Shown one piece after another: positions 24,650-39,214 of a stretch of DNA of 64,000 nt. Every line of letters starts with the position of its first letter. Positions within the stretch are counted from its first letter, which is position 1. The translations under genes were made by a program, and so were the position numbers. The DNA is from Eledone cirrhosa. Taxonomy: Eukaryota. The notes under the pieces are model-generated. The model searched no databases, had not been told where the DNA came from, and saw only the letters and a list, made by a program, of their open reading frames with translations. Where the stretch lies: contig OZ024742.1 in the NCBI GenBank assembly GCA_964016885.1, positions 330,212,001-330,276,000 on the forward strand. Direction: 5' to 3'.

Positions 24650-27600
24650 AAAACCCCGTGACCAAGAAATACCGGGATTGCGGCCGGCGGGAAATAGCCG
24701 TGTCTCTAGGGGAGAACGAACCCTCTAGTCTTGGTTGACACTCGTTCTAGAAGTGGTAACACGAAATGATTAACCCTTGGCGGATAAGGATAAAACGCGG
24801 CAAAATAAAGTAGATGTCTAATGATGAAATCTCATACCGGATCGACCGTCACCCGGGTAAAAAAGGGCCGCGTCCCTCAGAGAGGAACCAGACTGGGTGC
24901 GAAAAATCAGCTAATGGTTCAAACCTTCCCATCACTTCGGAGCTGGAGACCTCCCATAACCGGAATACTCCTACTGTTGGCCCTCCAAGCTCACCACCAA
25001 GAAATCCAAAGAAAAAGCGAGAAAAATGGTCAAGGGAAGATAATAAATAAGTCCTTGAGGCTTTCTACACTGCCATGTACTACCCATCAAATACATCGAG
25101 TACAGAACAGACATATATCAACTGGAAAAAGAAACATCCCGAAAACAGAGGCTATATTGACAGTAACAAACTAGCCAATATACGAAGAAATATTGTAAGA
25201 AAAAAGTTACTAACTGATATCGAAATTGATCAGATCAAGCTATCAGCACAAAGTCAGCGAAGGTAAAATGAAACATGTGTCAGTGAAAACGAGGTAAACT
25301 GTAACACTTCGAATCCCAGGGTTGGGGAGGAATCACTGGCAACACAACAAATTAAAGAAAGGATCGAAAAAGTGGAGGGAGTGCATGCTCAGGAGGAAAC
25401 TCCAAATGAAAATAATGAGATTGTAAATGATAAAGAAATGAATGAGAATGAACTTGCCAACTTGAAGGATGAAATCATGATCGAATGGATAAAAATGAAA
25501 ACATCTGACATGGGGCCACGAGACACCCTCCCTAAGATCCAGAACTCCAAACAGAACCAAAAGATAATACACAAGACTAACATAATTCTCAAAAATATTA
25601 TCATCACCAACAAACTAAACATTACTGATTTAAATCATCTATATTATGCATCGGCTAAAGTCACCACTCACTTATGTGGAGTGAAGATGAAAAAACAAAG
25701 GAATTCCCACAAGAAATCTACTTGGCAAGAGAACATCAATCGCCAAATAAACCTTCTCCGATCTGACATAGAAATGTTAACAAACTATAAAGTTGGTGAA
25801 CATGTTAAACAAACTAAACTTAGAAAATTGAAAAAAAAGTACAGTATAAAATCAACATGTGACATAGACATGCTGATAGAAATAATCAAACAAAAAGTGT
25901 CGGCCAAAGCTGCTCGTATAAGGCGCTTTGAAAAACGATCTAGATTCCATAAGGACAATAATATGTTCAAAAACAACCAAAGAAACTTCTACAGAAAAAT
26001 TGGTAAGTCAACAATAACTGCTAAATCAATGCCACCCAAGGAGGAAGTGCAAGAATTCTGGGAAAAGATCTGGGCTAAAAAAAAGTTCATAACATACATG
26101 CCCCATGGATAGACAGACAAATGAAAGATACAGCTCACCTTGAGGAACAAATATGGGAAAATATAACAGTTGAACATTTGCGCTTGGCTCTGAGAAAAAC
26201 CAGCAAATGGAAATCCCCAGGAAATCCCCAGGAAAAGACAAAATACAAAATACAAAATACAGAGTCTCATGAGCGGTTAGCCCAACTTTACAATGAAATA
26301 GTTAAGGAGCCAGAAAAGATACCATCATGGTTAGTTAATGGCATTACATTCCTGCTTCCGAAGAATGATGAGACAAACAATCCCAAAAATTACAGACCGA
26401 TAACTTGCTTGACCACAATGTATAAAATGTTAACATCAGTCCTAACTGAATACACATATGACCACCTGATAACAAATGACCTATTTCCCATCGAGCAGAA
26501 AGGGTGTAAACGAGGCTCATATGGCTGTAAGGATCAGCTTCTGGTTAACAAAATGATACTGGAAGATTGTCATAATAGACACAAAAATCTATCGATTGCT
26601 TGGATAGATTATAAAAAAGCATTCGATAGTTTGCCACACAGTTGGATTGAAAAATGTTTAGAGATTTTTAAAATATCCCCCGTTGTCAGGATGTTTTTTG
26701 TCATTCAGTATGAAGACATGGAAAACGACACTCCTTTTGAATAGTGAAACAAAATCACTGGAAGCTGGAGAAGTTAATATTAATTGTGGAATTTTTCAGG
26801 GTGACTCTTTATCACCGCTTTTATTCTGCATCGCACTTATACCATTAAGTAAAATGCTCAATGAAACAAAACATGGATATAAAGTCTATGACAAAACCAT
26901 TAATCACCTGTTCTACATGGATGACCTGAAACTATTTGCAAAAAATGTGGAACAGTTCAGTGATGACATTAAAATGGAGTTTGGACTAGATAAATGCGCC
27001 AAAGCAACGTTCATCAGAGGAAAGCTGCTGAAGAGTTCAGACATTAATCTTGATCGGGGGAACGTGATAAGAGAACTTGATCAAGAAAAAACTTACAAAT
27101 ATCTAGGTGTTTGTGAAGGAGACGGAATCAAGCACTCGACAATGAGGGAAAGGATAAGGAAGGAATGTTACCGCAGAGTAAGAGCAATCTTAAGAACGGA
27201 ATTGAATGCAAGGAATAGGATTGATGCCATAAACACGCTTGCCATACCAGTAGTAACCTACAGTTACAATGTCATCAACTGGTCAAGCACAGAGATCCGT
27301 AGGCTCGATACAAAAATTCGAAAATTCTTCACCATGCACAGAATGCATCACCCTAAGGCAGATATAGATAGAATATATCTCCCTAGGAAAGAAGGAGGAC
27401 GTGGGTTAATCCAGTTCGACATTGCGTTGAAAACTGCAACAATTGGATTATCTACATATCTAAGGGAATCACATGATTGGATGATCAAACTCGTTTTGAA
27501 ACACGAAAGCATCAAAAGATCATATTCCATTACAAAAGATGCACAAAGATACAGTAATGGACTACAAATTTCAGAAGTCCCATTTACTGCTGAAATGGAA

Positions 27601-28577
27601 AACACAGAAAAAGCAAAGCAGGTAAAAGTAACTGCAAAGAAAGAACTGCTACAGAAACTGGCTAAGAAATGGCAAGAAAAGCCTCTGTATGGAAAATACC
27701 CAGAGCGAGCTAACAATCCTGATGTTGACAAAACTTTAACCCATCAGTGGTTGGCATTCTCTGGACTGAAATCGGAGACTGGAGGACTGATTATATCAGC
27801 ACAAGATCAGTGTCTGCCAACAAAAATTACCAAGCCAACATAATAAAAAATGGATGCAGCCCATTATGCCGTGTGCGCAAAAAACAACCAGAGACCATTG
27901 ACCATATAATTTCAATGTGCAGTCCTATAGCTCCAACCGAATACCTAAACAGGCATGACAGAGCTGCACAATACATACATTGGATAATGTGTAAGCATTT
28001 TGATCTGCCCCATCAAAAGAATTGGTGGGAGCATCAACGACCTCCCATACTTGAAAAAGATCACATCTCAATCTTGTGGAACTTTAGCATCCAAACAGAC
28101 CGAAAAATAGATGCAAATAGACCTGATATAATATTGAAGGACTTTAAAAAGAGGGTATGCTTGCTAATTGATATGTCTGTTCCAATAGACAAGAATGTAT
28201 CTATAAAAACATTTGAAAAATTGAGCAAGTATAAGGACCCGGAGATAGAAATTGGAAAAAGGTGGAAATTGAGAACTAAAACAATACCAGTGGTTGTAGG
28301 CGTTCTGGGAATGATACCTAGGGGGTCTAATGATTACTTATCGCAAATCCCAGGAAACCCGCGTATAGGAGAAATACAAAAGATAGTACTAATGGGAACT
28401 GCCCATATACTAAGGAAGATTCTGTCAATATAAGTACATCACATGTCTAAACACTAAAGATGCATGTGTGAGTATGTATGTTCTTTCTTGAACATGGCGG
28501 ACCTTGTTGTCTCTTGAGGTCACTGGTTGTGACTTGGTGATAACTCGTATGAACATAAAGCAAGATAAATGCAACTG
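24650..28577 (+). mobile_element. Near full-length R4/Dong-type RLE LINE (copy A), frameshifted
   Basis: KWSREDNK, NYRPITCLTTMYK, EQKG, WIDYKKAFDS, GIFQGDSLSPLLF, YMDDLKLF, YLPRKEGGRGL, ETIDHIISMC, RHD, RPDII..LIDMSVP..KLSKY. Ends in a (TAA)n tail. 5' boundary approximate. Confidence 0.9.
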
Positions 28578-28605
28578 TAATAATAATAATAATAATAATA
28601 ATAAT

Positions 28606-31600
28606 AGAAGGAAAGGCACCAACTGGATGAAAGAATTGAATAGAACTGTTATGCAATGTTGCCTGAAAAGTAACCCCAAGGAGAAAGGCTATAGGAAACG
28701 GATGCATAACATCTGGAACGAGATTGGTCTATTTAAATTAGATGAACAAAAAATTGGCCGGGCAGGCTCGGGTAATAAGAAGTAATGAGTGGATAAGCGA
28801 GCTGGAACTGGAGGAACTGAGCAGAGAGATTAGGTTGGAGAGTGGAGTATGCCAGGCAAACGAGCCAGTGGGAAATTAAGGTGAAGAAGTTGAGAGAACG
28901 GAGGAACCATCCGAAGCAGACAATGATCTGAATTCTGAAATAAATAATACCTGGAACAAAGATACGGACATTGAGAAGATGAATAGTGGGAGACTTATGA
29001 ACCTAAGATTTCTAGACAGGAAAAAGTTAAAAGAAACAACAGCTAAGGTAAACAAAGTTATTCCATACCTTGAGGCGAGGAGCCTTCACCAGTGCAACAA
29101 TATCCTCAAAGCAACAGCAAATACGGTGAGGAAACTACTTGGTATAAAAGCGAGTGGAAACAACAAACAAAAAAGATCAGAACCTTGGTGAAAGAAACGA
29201 CTGAATGGTCAAATCAGGGAAATGAGAAATGACATTGGAAAGCTTGAGTCCCTACTGAATGGGACAGTAAAAAACATAGACACTAAAAATAGACTAAGAA
29301 ATAAAGTACAAAACTAGGAGGAAAAAGCTAAATATTATCATAGAGGAACTGACGCAACGCATTGTAGCAAGGAGTGCAAACATTAGGCGATACGATTGCA
29401 GAGTTAGTCAGTATAGACAGAACCGCATGTTTGACAACAACCAAAAGATATTGTTTGGACAGCTTGAAGGGAAAGAAAGAGGCAACGACTTGATCCCTGA
29501 GGCGGAACAAACTAAGACATTCAGGAGAGGAATATGGGAGCAGGATGTTAAACATAATGACCAGGCAGTGTGGATTGAGACAGTACAAAAGGAGATTAGT
29601 GAACAGGCACACCCACAAACTGATTTGAGTATCACAGTTGAAACTCTTAAGGGGCAGGCCAGACAACTAACCAACTAGAAATCACCAGGCCCAGATGGTG
29701 TGCAGGGGTATTGGATTAAAAATATAACATTCCTCCACCCGAAACTGACAACCATGTTCAATGACTGCTTGATGTCAGGTGAGGTACCAGAGTGGTTGAC
29801 AAAAGGTACCACAGTTCTGGTAATGAAAGACCGAATCAAGGGTAATGATGTTACCAACTATATACCTATCACATGTCTGTCCGTGATGTGGAAACTGTTG
29901 ACAAGCATTATGTCTGAGGAAATCTACCATCACCTCCACACAAACAACTTGTTGCCGGACGAACAGAAATGATGCAGAAAGAAGTCCCGTGGTAAAACGG
30001 ACCAGTTACTTATTGATAAGATGGTAATGAGGAATTTGCAAGAGGAGACACACTGGTCTTGCCATGGGATGGATAGACTACAAAAAGGCATCTGCATGGT
30101 GCCTCATTCTTGGATCACCAAAAGCCTAGAGATCTTCAAGGTGGCATATAACATCAGACAGTTATTGGACAAAAGTATAAAGTCCTGGGAAACAGAGTTA
30201 ACATCAGCTGGAGAATCCTTGGGATGCGTGAAGTTCAAGAGAGTTATCTTCCAGGGAGATAGTCTGTCCCCTCTGTTGTTTTTCCTTGCCCTGTTGCCCC
30301 TGACCATTATACTGCGAAAGGTGAGAACAGGATACACGTTGGGAAAGGGAGAGCTTACCATCAATCACCTCCTCTTCATGGACGATATTAAGCTCTTCGG
30401 GAAGAGTTAGAAGGAGTTGGATGTGCTTGATGACACTGTCCGTATTTTCAGCAATGATATATGTATGCAATTTGGTATTAGTAAATGTGAAGTGCTTGTG
30501 ATGGAGAGGGGTAAATTGAGCAGAAGCAACGGAATCCAGGTACCAACAGGTGAGATGGTAAAGGAAATTGAGACTGAACAGGGATACAAGTATTTGGGTG
30601 TTCTGGAGGCTGATGGCATCAAGAACAAAAAAAATGAAGGAATTCATAAGATCTGAATACATTCGGAGAGTAAGTAGCGTATTAAAACACATCTTAACAG
30701 TAGGAATGCCATAAGTACAGTAAATTCCCGAGCTTTGTCTATTATTAGGTACAGTGCGGGAATTCTGAGATGGAATGTTGCTGAACAAAAAGAAATAGAT
30801 AGGAAGACTAGGAAGCTATTGACTATCTACAACATGTTCTACAAGAGGAGTGATGTCGATAGACTCTACTTAAGGAGATCTGAAGGTGGAAGAGGTATTA
30901 TCAGAATAGAGGACTGTGTTCAGATGGAGAAAAACAACATACACAAATACCTGACTGATAGTAAAGAGACAATTCTCAGAATTGTACTGAAGGAGAGGAC
31001 AATAGACCAGGGGATGTCCAAGGAGGAAATAACAACAAGGAGAAAGAGCAACCGTCATGAAAAATTCCTTCATAGTGCCTTCTTTGAGAAAACTGAATTT
31101 AGAGATCCACAGACATGGAACTGGTTGAAAAGAGGAGACCTTAAAAAGGCTACAAAAGGAATGCTAATGGCTGCGCAAGAGCAGGCACTCAAAACGTAGT
31201 GGCTGAAACACCATATTTACAAGGACGAGGCTAGCCCACTGTAGAGGATCTGTGGAGAGAAAGAGGAGACTGTGACTCACATTGTATCCCAGACTCACTA
31301 TAAGGGCTGGAGACATGATGTGATGGGCAGGGTGATTCACTGGCACCTATGCAAAGTAAACAATTTGAAGTGGTATGAGCATAAGCCAGAGTCGGTGATG
31401 GAAAACGATCAGGTGAAGGTGCTGTGGGATTTTAGGATACAGACGGACAAGTAACTGGAACACAATAGACCTGACCAGATCGTTTTGGACAAGGGAAACA
31501 TATCGTGCCTGATTGTGTATGTGTGCCTGCCCATTCGAAACGAGAGTGCAAGAGAAGTAGAGGGAGAAAATTAACCGATACCAGGACTTGAAGTGGGAGG

Positions 31601-31811
31601 TAAAAAGGATTTGGAACTGCCATGAAATCAGAGTCACACTAGGTACTATCACAAACAGTTTCCAAAGATGGTTAAAGAAAATTAGTCCAGCCCCGCTTTC
31701 TGGAACACTTAAAAAGGTGTGCTTGCTGAATATCTGAGGCTGCATGTAGCGGCTTGAAATTCATTTCAACAAACTTTCCAGTTAAATAACCACAATGACT
31801 GAGACTCAAAG
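28606..31811 (+). mobile_element. R4/Dong-type RLE LINE (copy B, different subfamily), 5'-truncated and decayed
   Basis: GYRKRMHNIW, SPGPDGVQGYW, YIPITCL, IFQGDSLSPLLF, FMDDIKLF, RLYLRRSEGGRG, AAQEQAL, RHD, LWDFRIQTD, RPD. (AAT)n on both sides. Confidence 0.9.
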
Positions 31812-31838
31812 AATAATAATAATAATAATAATAATAAT

Positions 31839-34800
31839 GCTTTGTTTATTAACCTAAAGGGATTACATAAAGTAGACATTAAGGACAGTAGAGGACAATA
31901 CAGGACGGTACAAATGGGCATTTCTGCGTGCAAAAAACAAAAACAGAGAATTTAACAAAAAAATAACAATGAAAAATTCCCCAATACGGGGGAGACTTCC
32001 GAGGGACATTCTTGGAGAAAGCCCATTAAAAAGCCACAGTGACCCCGACCACCAGGGCAAGTGCCCTCTCCTAATTTTCCACCTTTAATTTACAGACACA
32101 TACACAAAGTAGGCCCATTCACTCGGGCCATTCTTGCTTCTCTCACCCATCTTTCAACAAAATGCTGGGAAGAGAGCACTCCCCTCTCTACCCTGATTTT
32201 ACTTTTCAAATGAAATTTTAAAAAGATAAATCAGGGCATCACCGAAGAGGTAAATGCTCGTCTTCAGCCCTTTCAAACGTGTCCACCATACTATCTCTTT
32301 CGCCATGGCCACCAGACAGATAAAACTGCCTACCCTTCCAGGCTAAAGGAAGAGGGCTTGGAAATCCTCACGATGGACTCATCTGATAGCTCGATCCGTC
32401 CTACACGCGACAGCCGGTGTTCGACATAAACCCACAAGTCAGCAATGCTCGGACACTGGACGAGTGCGTGCAGGACGGTTTCGTCACCCTGCGAGCATCT
32501 CGGACCTGCCCGGCTGACGGCACCTCCATGCCTGTAGGGTTTATCCGAACTGGCAAAGATCCTCGGTAGCACTGCCAGGCCAGGGATTTCTGGAAGTTGT
32601 CCATAGGCCCCGGCCCGAAAGTTCTTCCGAAGAGATTGGCTAGTTGATTTTCGTCGACGCCTAGAGTTTCCCCAAGTATGTCGTCGCTCTTCCCCTCCAC
32701 TAATCCTCTATAGAACGCCAAGGTGGAGTTTCCGCCGATCACTTTGCCTGATTGGTCGAGGGCTGTGAGCGCCTGAAGACATTCCAGACTCCAAGCGCTC
32801 CCTCTCGGTCTTCGTTTGACCCAGGACTGCAGCTCCGTCAAGGAGACGAGCTGGGGAAAGACGTGGCTAACAAACGGCGACCACACCTGATCACCGTCGA
32901 GGAAGAGGTGGAGATGTCGTAGCCTGAGCGCGTGTCTGCGCATCATCAGCCACGGCATGCCCAGGCCTCCACGTAGCGGGTGTTGACAGCAGATGGACCG
33001 CCTGACCATCGGAGCGCGTCACTTCCACAGAAAGCGAAACAGCAAAAGCTCCAGCGCCGTCAGGCGTGGCTTAGGACAAGGTACGACGATCAGGCGGTAG
33101 TAGATGACGGACGCGATGTACGCGTTAGCCACCTCCGCTCAAACTTTCAGGGATAGCTTCCTATCCGCCCATTTCTGGGTGAGAGAAGCCACCCTCCTCG
33201 TCACCTCGTCCCAGTTTTTGTCCGTCTGGAGGTCCGGACCGAACCAGACCCCTAGAAAATTAACCGGTCCGTCCATCCAGCGCCCGACGACGATGTTGGA
33301 CGGCATGGACCTGCCTCTCCAGGTGCCTAGCTGCAGGCCCTCTGACTTTTCCTGGTTGATCATTGCTCCTGTTACCGCTTCGTATTCTCTTAGTGTAATG
33401 CCGATCGCTTCGATGTGTTTGGCGTTCGACACCACTACGGTGACATCGTCCGCATATGCTGACCTGGATCATCCGTATCCTAGTTCGCGTGGGACCCTCC
33501 TCAACATATCCAGTTTGCAGTAATGGCTCGAGAGTCAATACGTACAAGAGGGACGAGAGGGAACATCATTGGCGGACCGAGCGCATAATGTTGAACGGTT
33601 CCGAAAGGTGACCGTTCACTCTCACCACAGAGCAGATGTCGCTGGGCATGGCAGCGATCCAGCCTCTGAAGACGGGCCCAAAGCAATCAGCCCTCAGAAC
33701 TGCCGCTAGGTAACGATGGTCGACCGTATCGAAAGATTTTGAATGATCTAAATTGATCAAGGACCCACCCGTGCCAGGTACCCTATCTTCCCTCTCTCCG
33801 GTGTATCGCATGAGGTGGAGGTTGTCGTGGATGGATCTGTTTGGAATGGCGCATGTCTGCGCCTCTCCCACCACACCACCAACGACAAGCGCCAACCTCA
33901 TTGCTAGCACCTTGGCCAAAATCTTGAACTCTGTGTTTAGCAGAGTTATGGGCCTGAAATTATCTATGTCATCGCCCTTGTTCGGATGCTTTCTCAGCAG
34001 CGCCACCGGTCCTCGTCTCACAGATCTGCGATTCCACCCATTCTGTTGCCAGTTGCCGCAGACGTCCGCCAAGAGGCATCCGAACAAGTCTGGCATATGT
34101 ACGTAAAGTTCATAGGGCAGACCAACCAAACCAGGCGATTTGCCCCTTGTGCAACCAGACATTGCCTCCCGTATTTCCGCGGCTGTTATCGGCTTTTCGC
34201 AACACACCGCCTCAGTAGTCGAGAGCTGAGGCAGTCCGTCGAGGTAGACCCTAAAGTCCATCCCACGATCCGGCCCGCCTCTGCCTCCGAACAGCTAAGC
34301 GAAGTGTCGCTAAAAAGCTTCACACATTTGCCCGGGATCGAGTAGCATGCGCCCGTCGTGGTCCACCAAAGACCAGATCGTGGATGTGTTGCCACGACGC
34401 GCCTCCGCCACTCGGGCCCATTCAACGGCTTCGTCCCCTCGTGTCTGAGAGCAAGTACCCTAGCTCTCATAACGCAGCCTTCGTGTTTGCATTGAAGAAT
34501 TGGTCAAGGGCCAATTTCGCCGCAAGTACGTCGGTCGCGATGCATTGCTAATCGCCTCGTCTAATTTTCTAACTAATTCTCCCTCTGCTCTCATTTTCTC
34601 TATAGCTAAAGCCTTACTAAACGTAATGGACTCTATTATAATCGCTCTTTTCAGAGCAAACCACCATTTGTTGTTGTTGATGGCCCCCCTCAAAGCCCGC
34701 TTAACTATTTCGCTAATCCGGTCTCTATAGGCCTTGCGCGCTGGTAAGGAGGCGTTTAGCTTCCAGTGGCCGGGTCCTCGTCTATGAAGCCTATCTAAGG

Positions 34801-37800
34801 CAATCATACAAATCACGAATTTGGGGTATGTGTAGCTGACTATCTTCAATTGTGGACAGCATATGCTAGACCTATCTATTTCCCTACAAAATACTCTATC
34901 TAGATAGATCTGGATGACCCTATGCCATTTGTCCAAGTCCACATTGGCACATTCGGGAAATCCAACCGGTACCTGTCAGACAGTTCAAAACGCCTGAGCA
35001 GGTTGGTGAGGCTCATCCACCCTCCTCCCCTATCCGCTAATCCCACACAGTCCCAGCGTGCATCTAAGATCCCGTTCTAGTCGCCCACTAACACTGAAAA
35101 GCGGGACGTTCCAAGAAAGGTCTCAAGACGCCGGAAGAAATCAGGCCGCCCTGCTCCTGTCGGGGCATAGACTGCCACTAGCCTGGAAGCTTACTCGTCT
35201 CCGCTGGACACGTCCAGCACCACCAACTTACCTTCTGGGTCCAGGAAGATGGCCCGTATGGCGAGATCCAAACCTCTCCGCAAAAGCACAGCAAATCCTA
35301 CCCCTCCGATCTAGGACGGCTGGGAGATGCGTACACATCGTAGATGCCGAAGATCGGTGCGAAGGCCCGTGCTTCGGAGATTCTCTTCTCGGTGATGGCC
35401 ACTAAATCTATGTTTAGTGACCTGAGGTTGTTGAGCAGGTGGCCCTGCTTCCATGGCGACCCCAAGCCACGTGCATTTATGCTGCCTATTCTGAGTGAGG
35501 TCATGTTGAAATGGAGTGAAAAAGATGGGAAATACCACTTACCTTACTTCTCGTAGAGGCAGCAAGGTTTGTCCATCCTTTTCACTGCCTGTGGTCTCCT
35601 CCGGAAGGATGTCCTTATAAATCCTCCTGGAGAGTGCTTGTAGGAAATCTCCGATGTCTTTGGGGAGTTTTTGTTTTAGTGTCGTGTACGTTTTCTGTGT
35701 GATGCGAGTGATTTGTATGTGTGGAGGTGGTGTGAACTTTTGGATTGTTGTGTAGTCTTTTTCTGTGATGTTGGTGTTCTGTTGGATGTAGTGTAATACT
35801 TGGTTGTTGTTCAAATTTAATTGTTTCTACTTTAGGCACAAGGCAAGCAATTACCCAGTGCATTACTGGTACTTTATTTTATCGACCCCGTAAGGATGAA
35901 AGGCAAAGTCAACCTCGGCAGTATTTGAACTCGGATCGTAAAGGGACATAACTATGCTGGAAAGCATGGCGTCCGACCCTCTACCGATACTGCCAAGCCA
36001 CCGCCTGTTGTTGTTCAAATTTAATGCTATGTAGTGTGTATCGTTTTGGTTGTTTTGTTTTGTTTTCCGTTTGTTGTGGGTTTGTTTGTTTCGATTTTTG
36101 GTGACTTTTGTGGTGTTGGTGATGGTGCTGTTGGGGTTTAATGATGGTGATGGTGTTGGTGTTAGTGGTGATGTGGTTGGTGATGCTGGTGTGGATGGTG
36201 GCATATCTGTCCTAACTTTTTTGTTAGATAGTTTATTTGTTTCCCTCTGTATTTTGTTTTTAGAGAGGGAAGGAAGGGAATTTTTCCTTTTTTGGTTTAT
36301 TTTTCTTTTTTTTCTTTTTTCCTGATACCGTTTCCCACTCCTCGTCGTCAGAATCTGTCTCCAGTTGCGATAGATCGGGGAGTGGAAAATCCTCCACAGG
36401 CGTTGGTTTTGGTTGTGTTGTGGTGGATGGTGTAGGCGCTGGTGCTAGTTCTGGCGCGTTGGGTAGTGCAGGTGTTGGTTTTACTACTGTTGCTGGAGTT
36501 GTTGCTGTTACAGTTGCTTCTGTTGTTGCTGCTACAGTTGTTGCTGCCATTTCTGCTGCTGGTAGTGTTGATGGTTGAGTCACTGGTGTGGTAAGAGAGG
36601 TGGCCTCAACCTTTTAGTCTAAGGGCAGAAAACCCTTAGGTGGGTTCCTTCACCACAAACGACACACCTCGGCCTTCTGTCCTCGACGATTACGTAAGGT
36701 GGCTGCCGTCAGTGAGGTCTATTAGCTCTGGGATCTCCCCAATGATTTTTGGTCCGCTTTGATCATCTTAGCTTGGAGCTCCATCTTAGATCCGGACCAG
36801 TACTCCTGCTTTTCTTTCGCTATTTCGATTATCTTGGTGTTGGCTTCGATGCCGGCGAGGACGGCAGCCATTAGCCAGGGAATTTCGATGGCCGGTGGAA
36901 CATGGGTCACCCTGATCTTCACGAGTCTCTGGCCACAATAGGTTGGGACGAGTGTGAAGTTGTAAGTTCTTAATGGGGCCATGGAATGTTCTCTGGCCTC
37001 CTGTGGTGTTTCAAAGAACACGTCCACGGTTCCATATTTCTGCCCACGTCTGTTATGTTTTTTTTTGCCCACACATGTCCCAAAGCATTTTGGATTTGGG
37101 ATTCGGATGCCCGTTCCACTCGGCGCGATTTTATGTTAATCGTCCGATAAGACACGGTGCATAGGCGCCGATGCTCCAGTTTATTAGGTGTGTGCGTGCG
37201 GGGGTGGGGTGGGGGAGGTTGACCCTGTCCCCTTCTTTCTTTACCAATTTTTTGGCTTCTTCTAATTCCTCCTGAGTTACCTGAAATGCTTCGCACTTTT
37301 TTGCTACTCTCGCAAAAGACAGGGTGGTTTTCTAATTCTCATTATTTCTGTTGTTGTTATCGTTATTTTTGTTATTGTTAATTTTAGTTTCAGTTGTGGT
37401 GGTGGTGGCGTCAGTGGTGTTCTGTGTGGAAGAGTTCATTCTGGGTGAAATAATTTCGATATCACGAGATAATATATTTTTTCTTTTGTTTCTGTTGTCG
37501 CTTAGGTGGTGGTGGGGTGGCGGCTTCTACACCTGCAGTCATTGGTAATGGCGGGAAATGAATGTCTGCCTGAGACACATTTAAAATATTGCTACTGTTT
37601 ATATGTTTAGTGTTGGCAAACGTAGTAATATTTACAATGGTGGTGTCGGTGTGAGGTGTTAGTTTGTGAGGAAGGTATGACTTTGAAGCGTCCATGTTTT
37701 TTTCAAAGAAAAATGTTTGTTTGATAATTATAAAAGTTTAAATTTTAGGCTCAAGGCCCCAATCATTTTGAGTGTCCTTTTCAGAAAACAATGTATGTGC

Positions 37801-37910
37801 ACTTATATACAGTTAACAATAAAAATTTTCCATAAATAGCAATTTTAAACGACTGAAAATAACAAACCTTTGCGGAGCTCACGATAATACGATTTACTAC
37901 GTAGGTCGCC
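31839..37910 (-). mobile_element. Full-length Tx1 LINE (copy 2), ORF2 frameshifted, divergent ORF1, SINE inserted in ORF1
   Basis: 3' UTR and ORF2 are closely similar to copy 1. ORF2 starts at 35504 (MTSLRIGSINARG). ORF1 remnants lie at 35539-37695. (AAT)n on both sides. Confidence 0.93.
35822..36006 (-). mobile_element. tRNA-derived SINE with 19-bp target site duplication
   Basis: Same family as the 13117 copy. TSD GTTGTTGTTCAAATTTAAT at 35803-35821 and 36007-36025. Confidence 0.9.
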
Positions 37911-37940
37911 AATAATAATAATAATAAATGATAATAATAA

Positions 37941-39199
37941 TTCCTAGAACTCAAGAAGGCCGTGGCCTGATCCAGTTTGAACTTGCTTACAAGACCACCA
38001 TTATTGGACTGGCCAAATACCTTGAAACAACTATCGATTGTATGCTGAAACTTGTTGAAAAACATAAGAGAAGTAAGAAGCTTCATTCTATTTTGAAGGA
38101 GAGCAAAAAAATATGCTACTGATATCATGCATGATACCCAGACTGGACAGACTAAAGAAAATGTTGCAACTGATTCTGCTAGGCACATAAAATCACTGGC
38201 AAAACAAAAGGGCAGGGACAATTAGCATACATTGGGAGCAGAATCCCCTGCATGGCAAATATGTGGCCCGTAGCATACAAGCTGATGTTGACCAAAAGCA
38301 CACCCATCAGTGGCTACGTAGTTCAGGGCTAAAGGCGGATGAGAGTGAAGGCTTCATCTTAGCTGCCCAAGATCAAAGCTTATTGACTCGTAATTACCAG
38401 GCCAATGTGATGAGAAACGGAATAAACCCAAAGTGGCGATTCTGCAATGCTGATGTTGAAACAGTGGATCACTTAGTTTCTGGATATACAGTTTTAGCAC
38501 CAGTAGAATAAAAATATAGACATGACAGAGTTGGGCAATATCTACGCTGGGTAACATGTCGGCAATACACAATCAAAGACGAAGACAAGTAGTACAATCA
38601 GCACCCTGGGGTTGTAACTGAAGTAGAAAATGTAACAATTACCTGGGACTGTTCTGTGCATACTGATAGGCCCATGAAAGCAAATAGACCTCACATCATT
38701 GTAAAAGACCAACATGACATGGTCTGTTTAGTGATATATATGAGCATCCCATGTGATCACAATATCGCGGCTAAAGAATTTGACAAGCTACGAAAATATA
38801 AAGATCTGCTTATTGAAATTGAGAAAATGTGGCACCTCAAGGTCGTTACAATACCAGTGATTGTGGGAGGACTGGGAATGATCAAGAAAGGAACAGAACA
38901 ATATTTGCGATATGATTCCTGGTTTACCCTCTCTGCACGAGGTGCACAAATTTATTTTGACTGGTACTGCACACGTATTGACAAGAGCATTATATCTGTA
39001 AGATTGATATCCCTCCTTGTATTTACATATGCATATGCACATGTGTATATATGTATACTTTTTTTTAAAAATTATAATCAATGTGCTGTATTAACTGGTT
39101 TACCAATGCACACTGTGAATTTATTTGTCCTAGGTGTCAGGAAGACACACGGCATATATCTCAGAAACAATAATGAAAGAAAATAAAAATGAATATAAC
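37941..39199 (+). mobile_element. R4/Dong-type RLE LINE (copy C), 3' fragment
   Basis: PRTQEGRGLIQFEL, AAQDQSLLTRNY, FCNADVETVDHLVSG, RHD, KANRPHII, KLRKYKDLLIEIEKMW, IPVIVGGLG. (AAT)n on both sides. Confidence 0.88.
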
Positions 39200-39214
39200 A
39201 ATAATAATAATAAT

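Noticed and set aside
24650-24815. HDV-like ribozyme at the 5' end of R4/Dong copy A (contains GGCCGGC)
   Set aside because: The nested double pseudoknot could not be assembled by eye; it needs a descriptor search.
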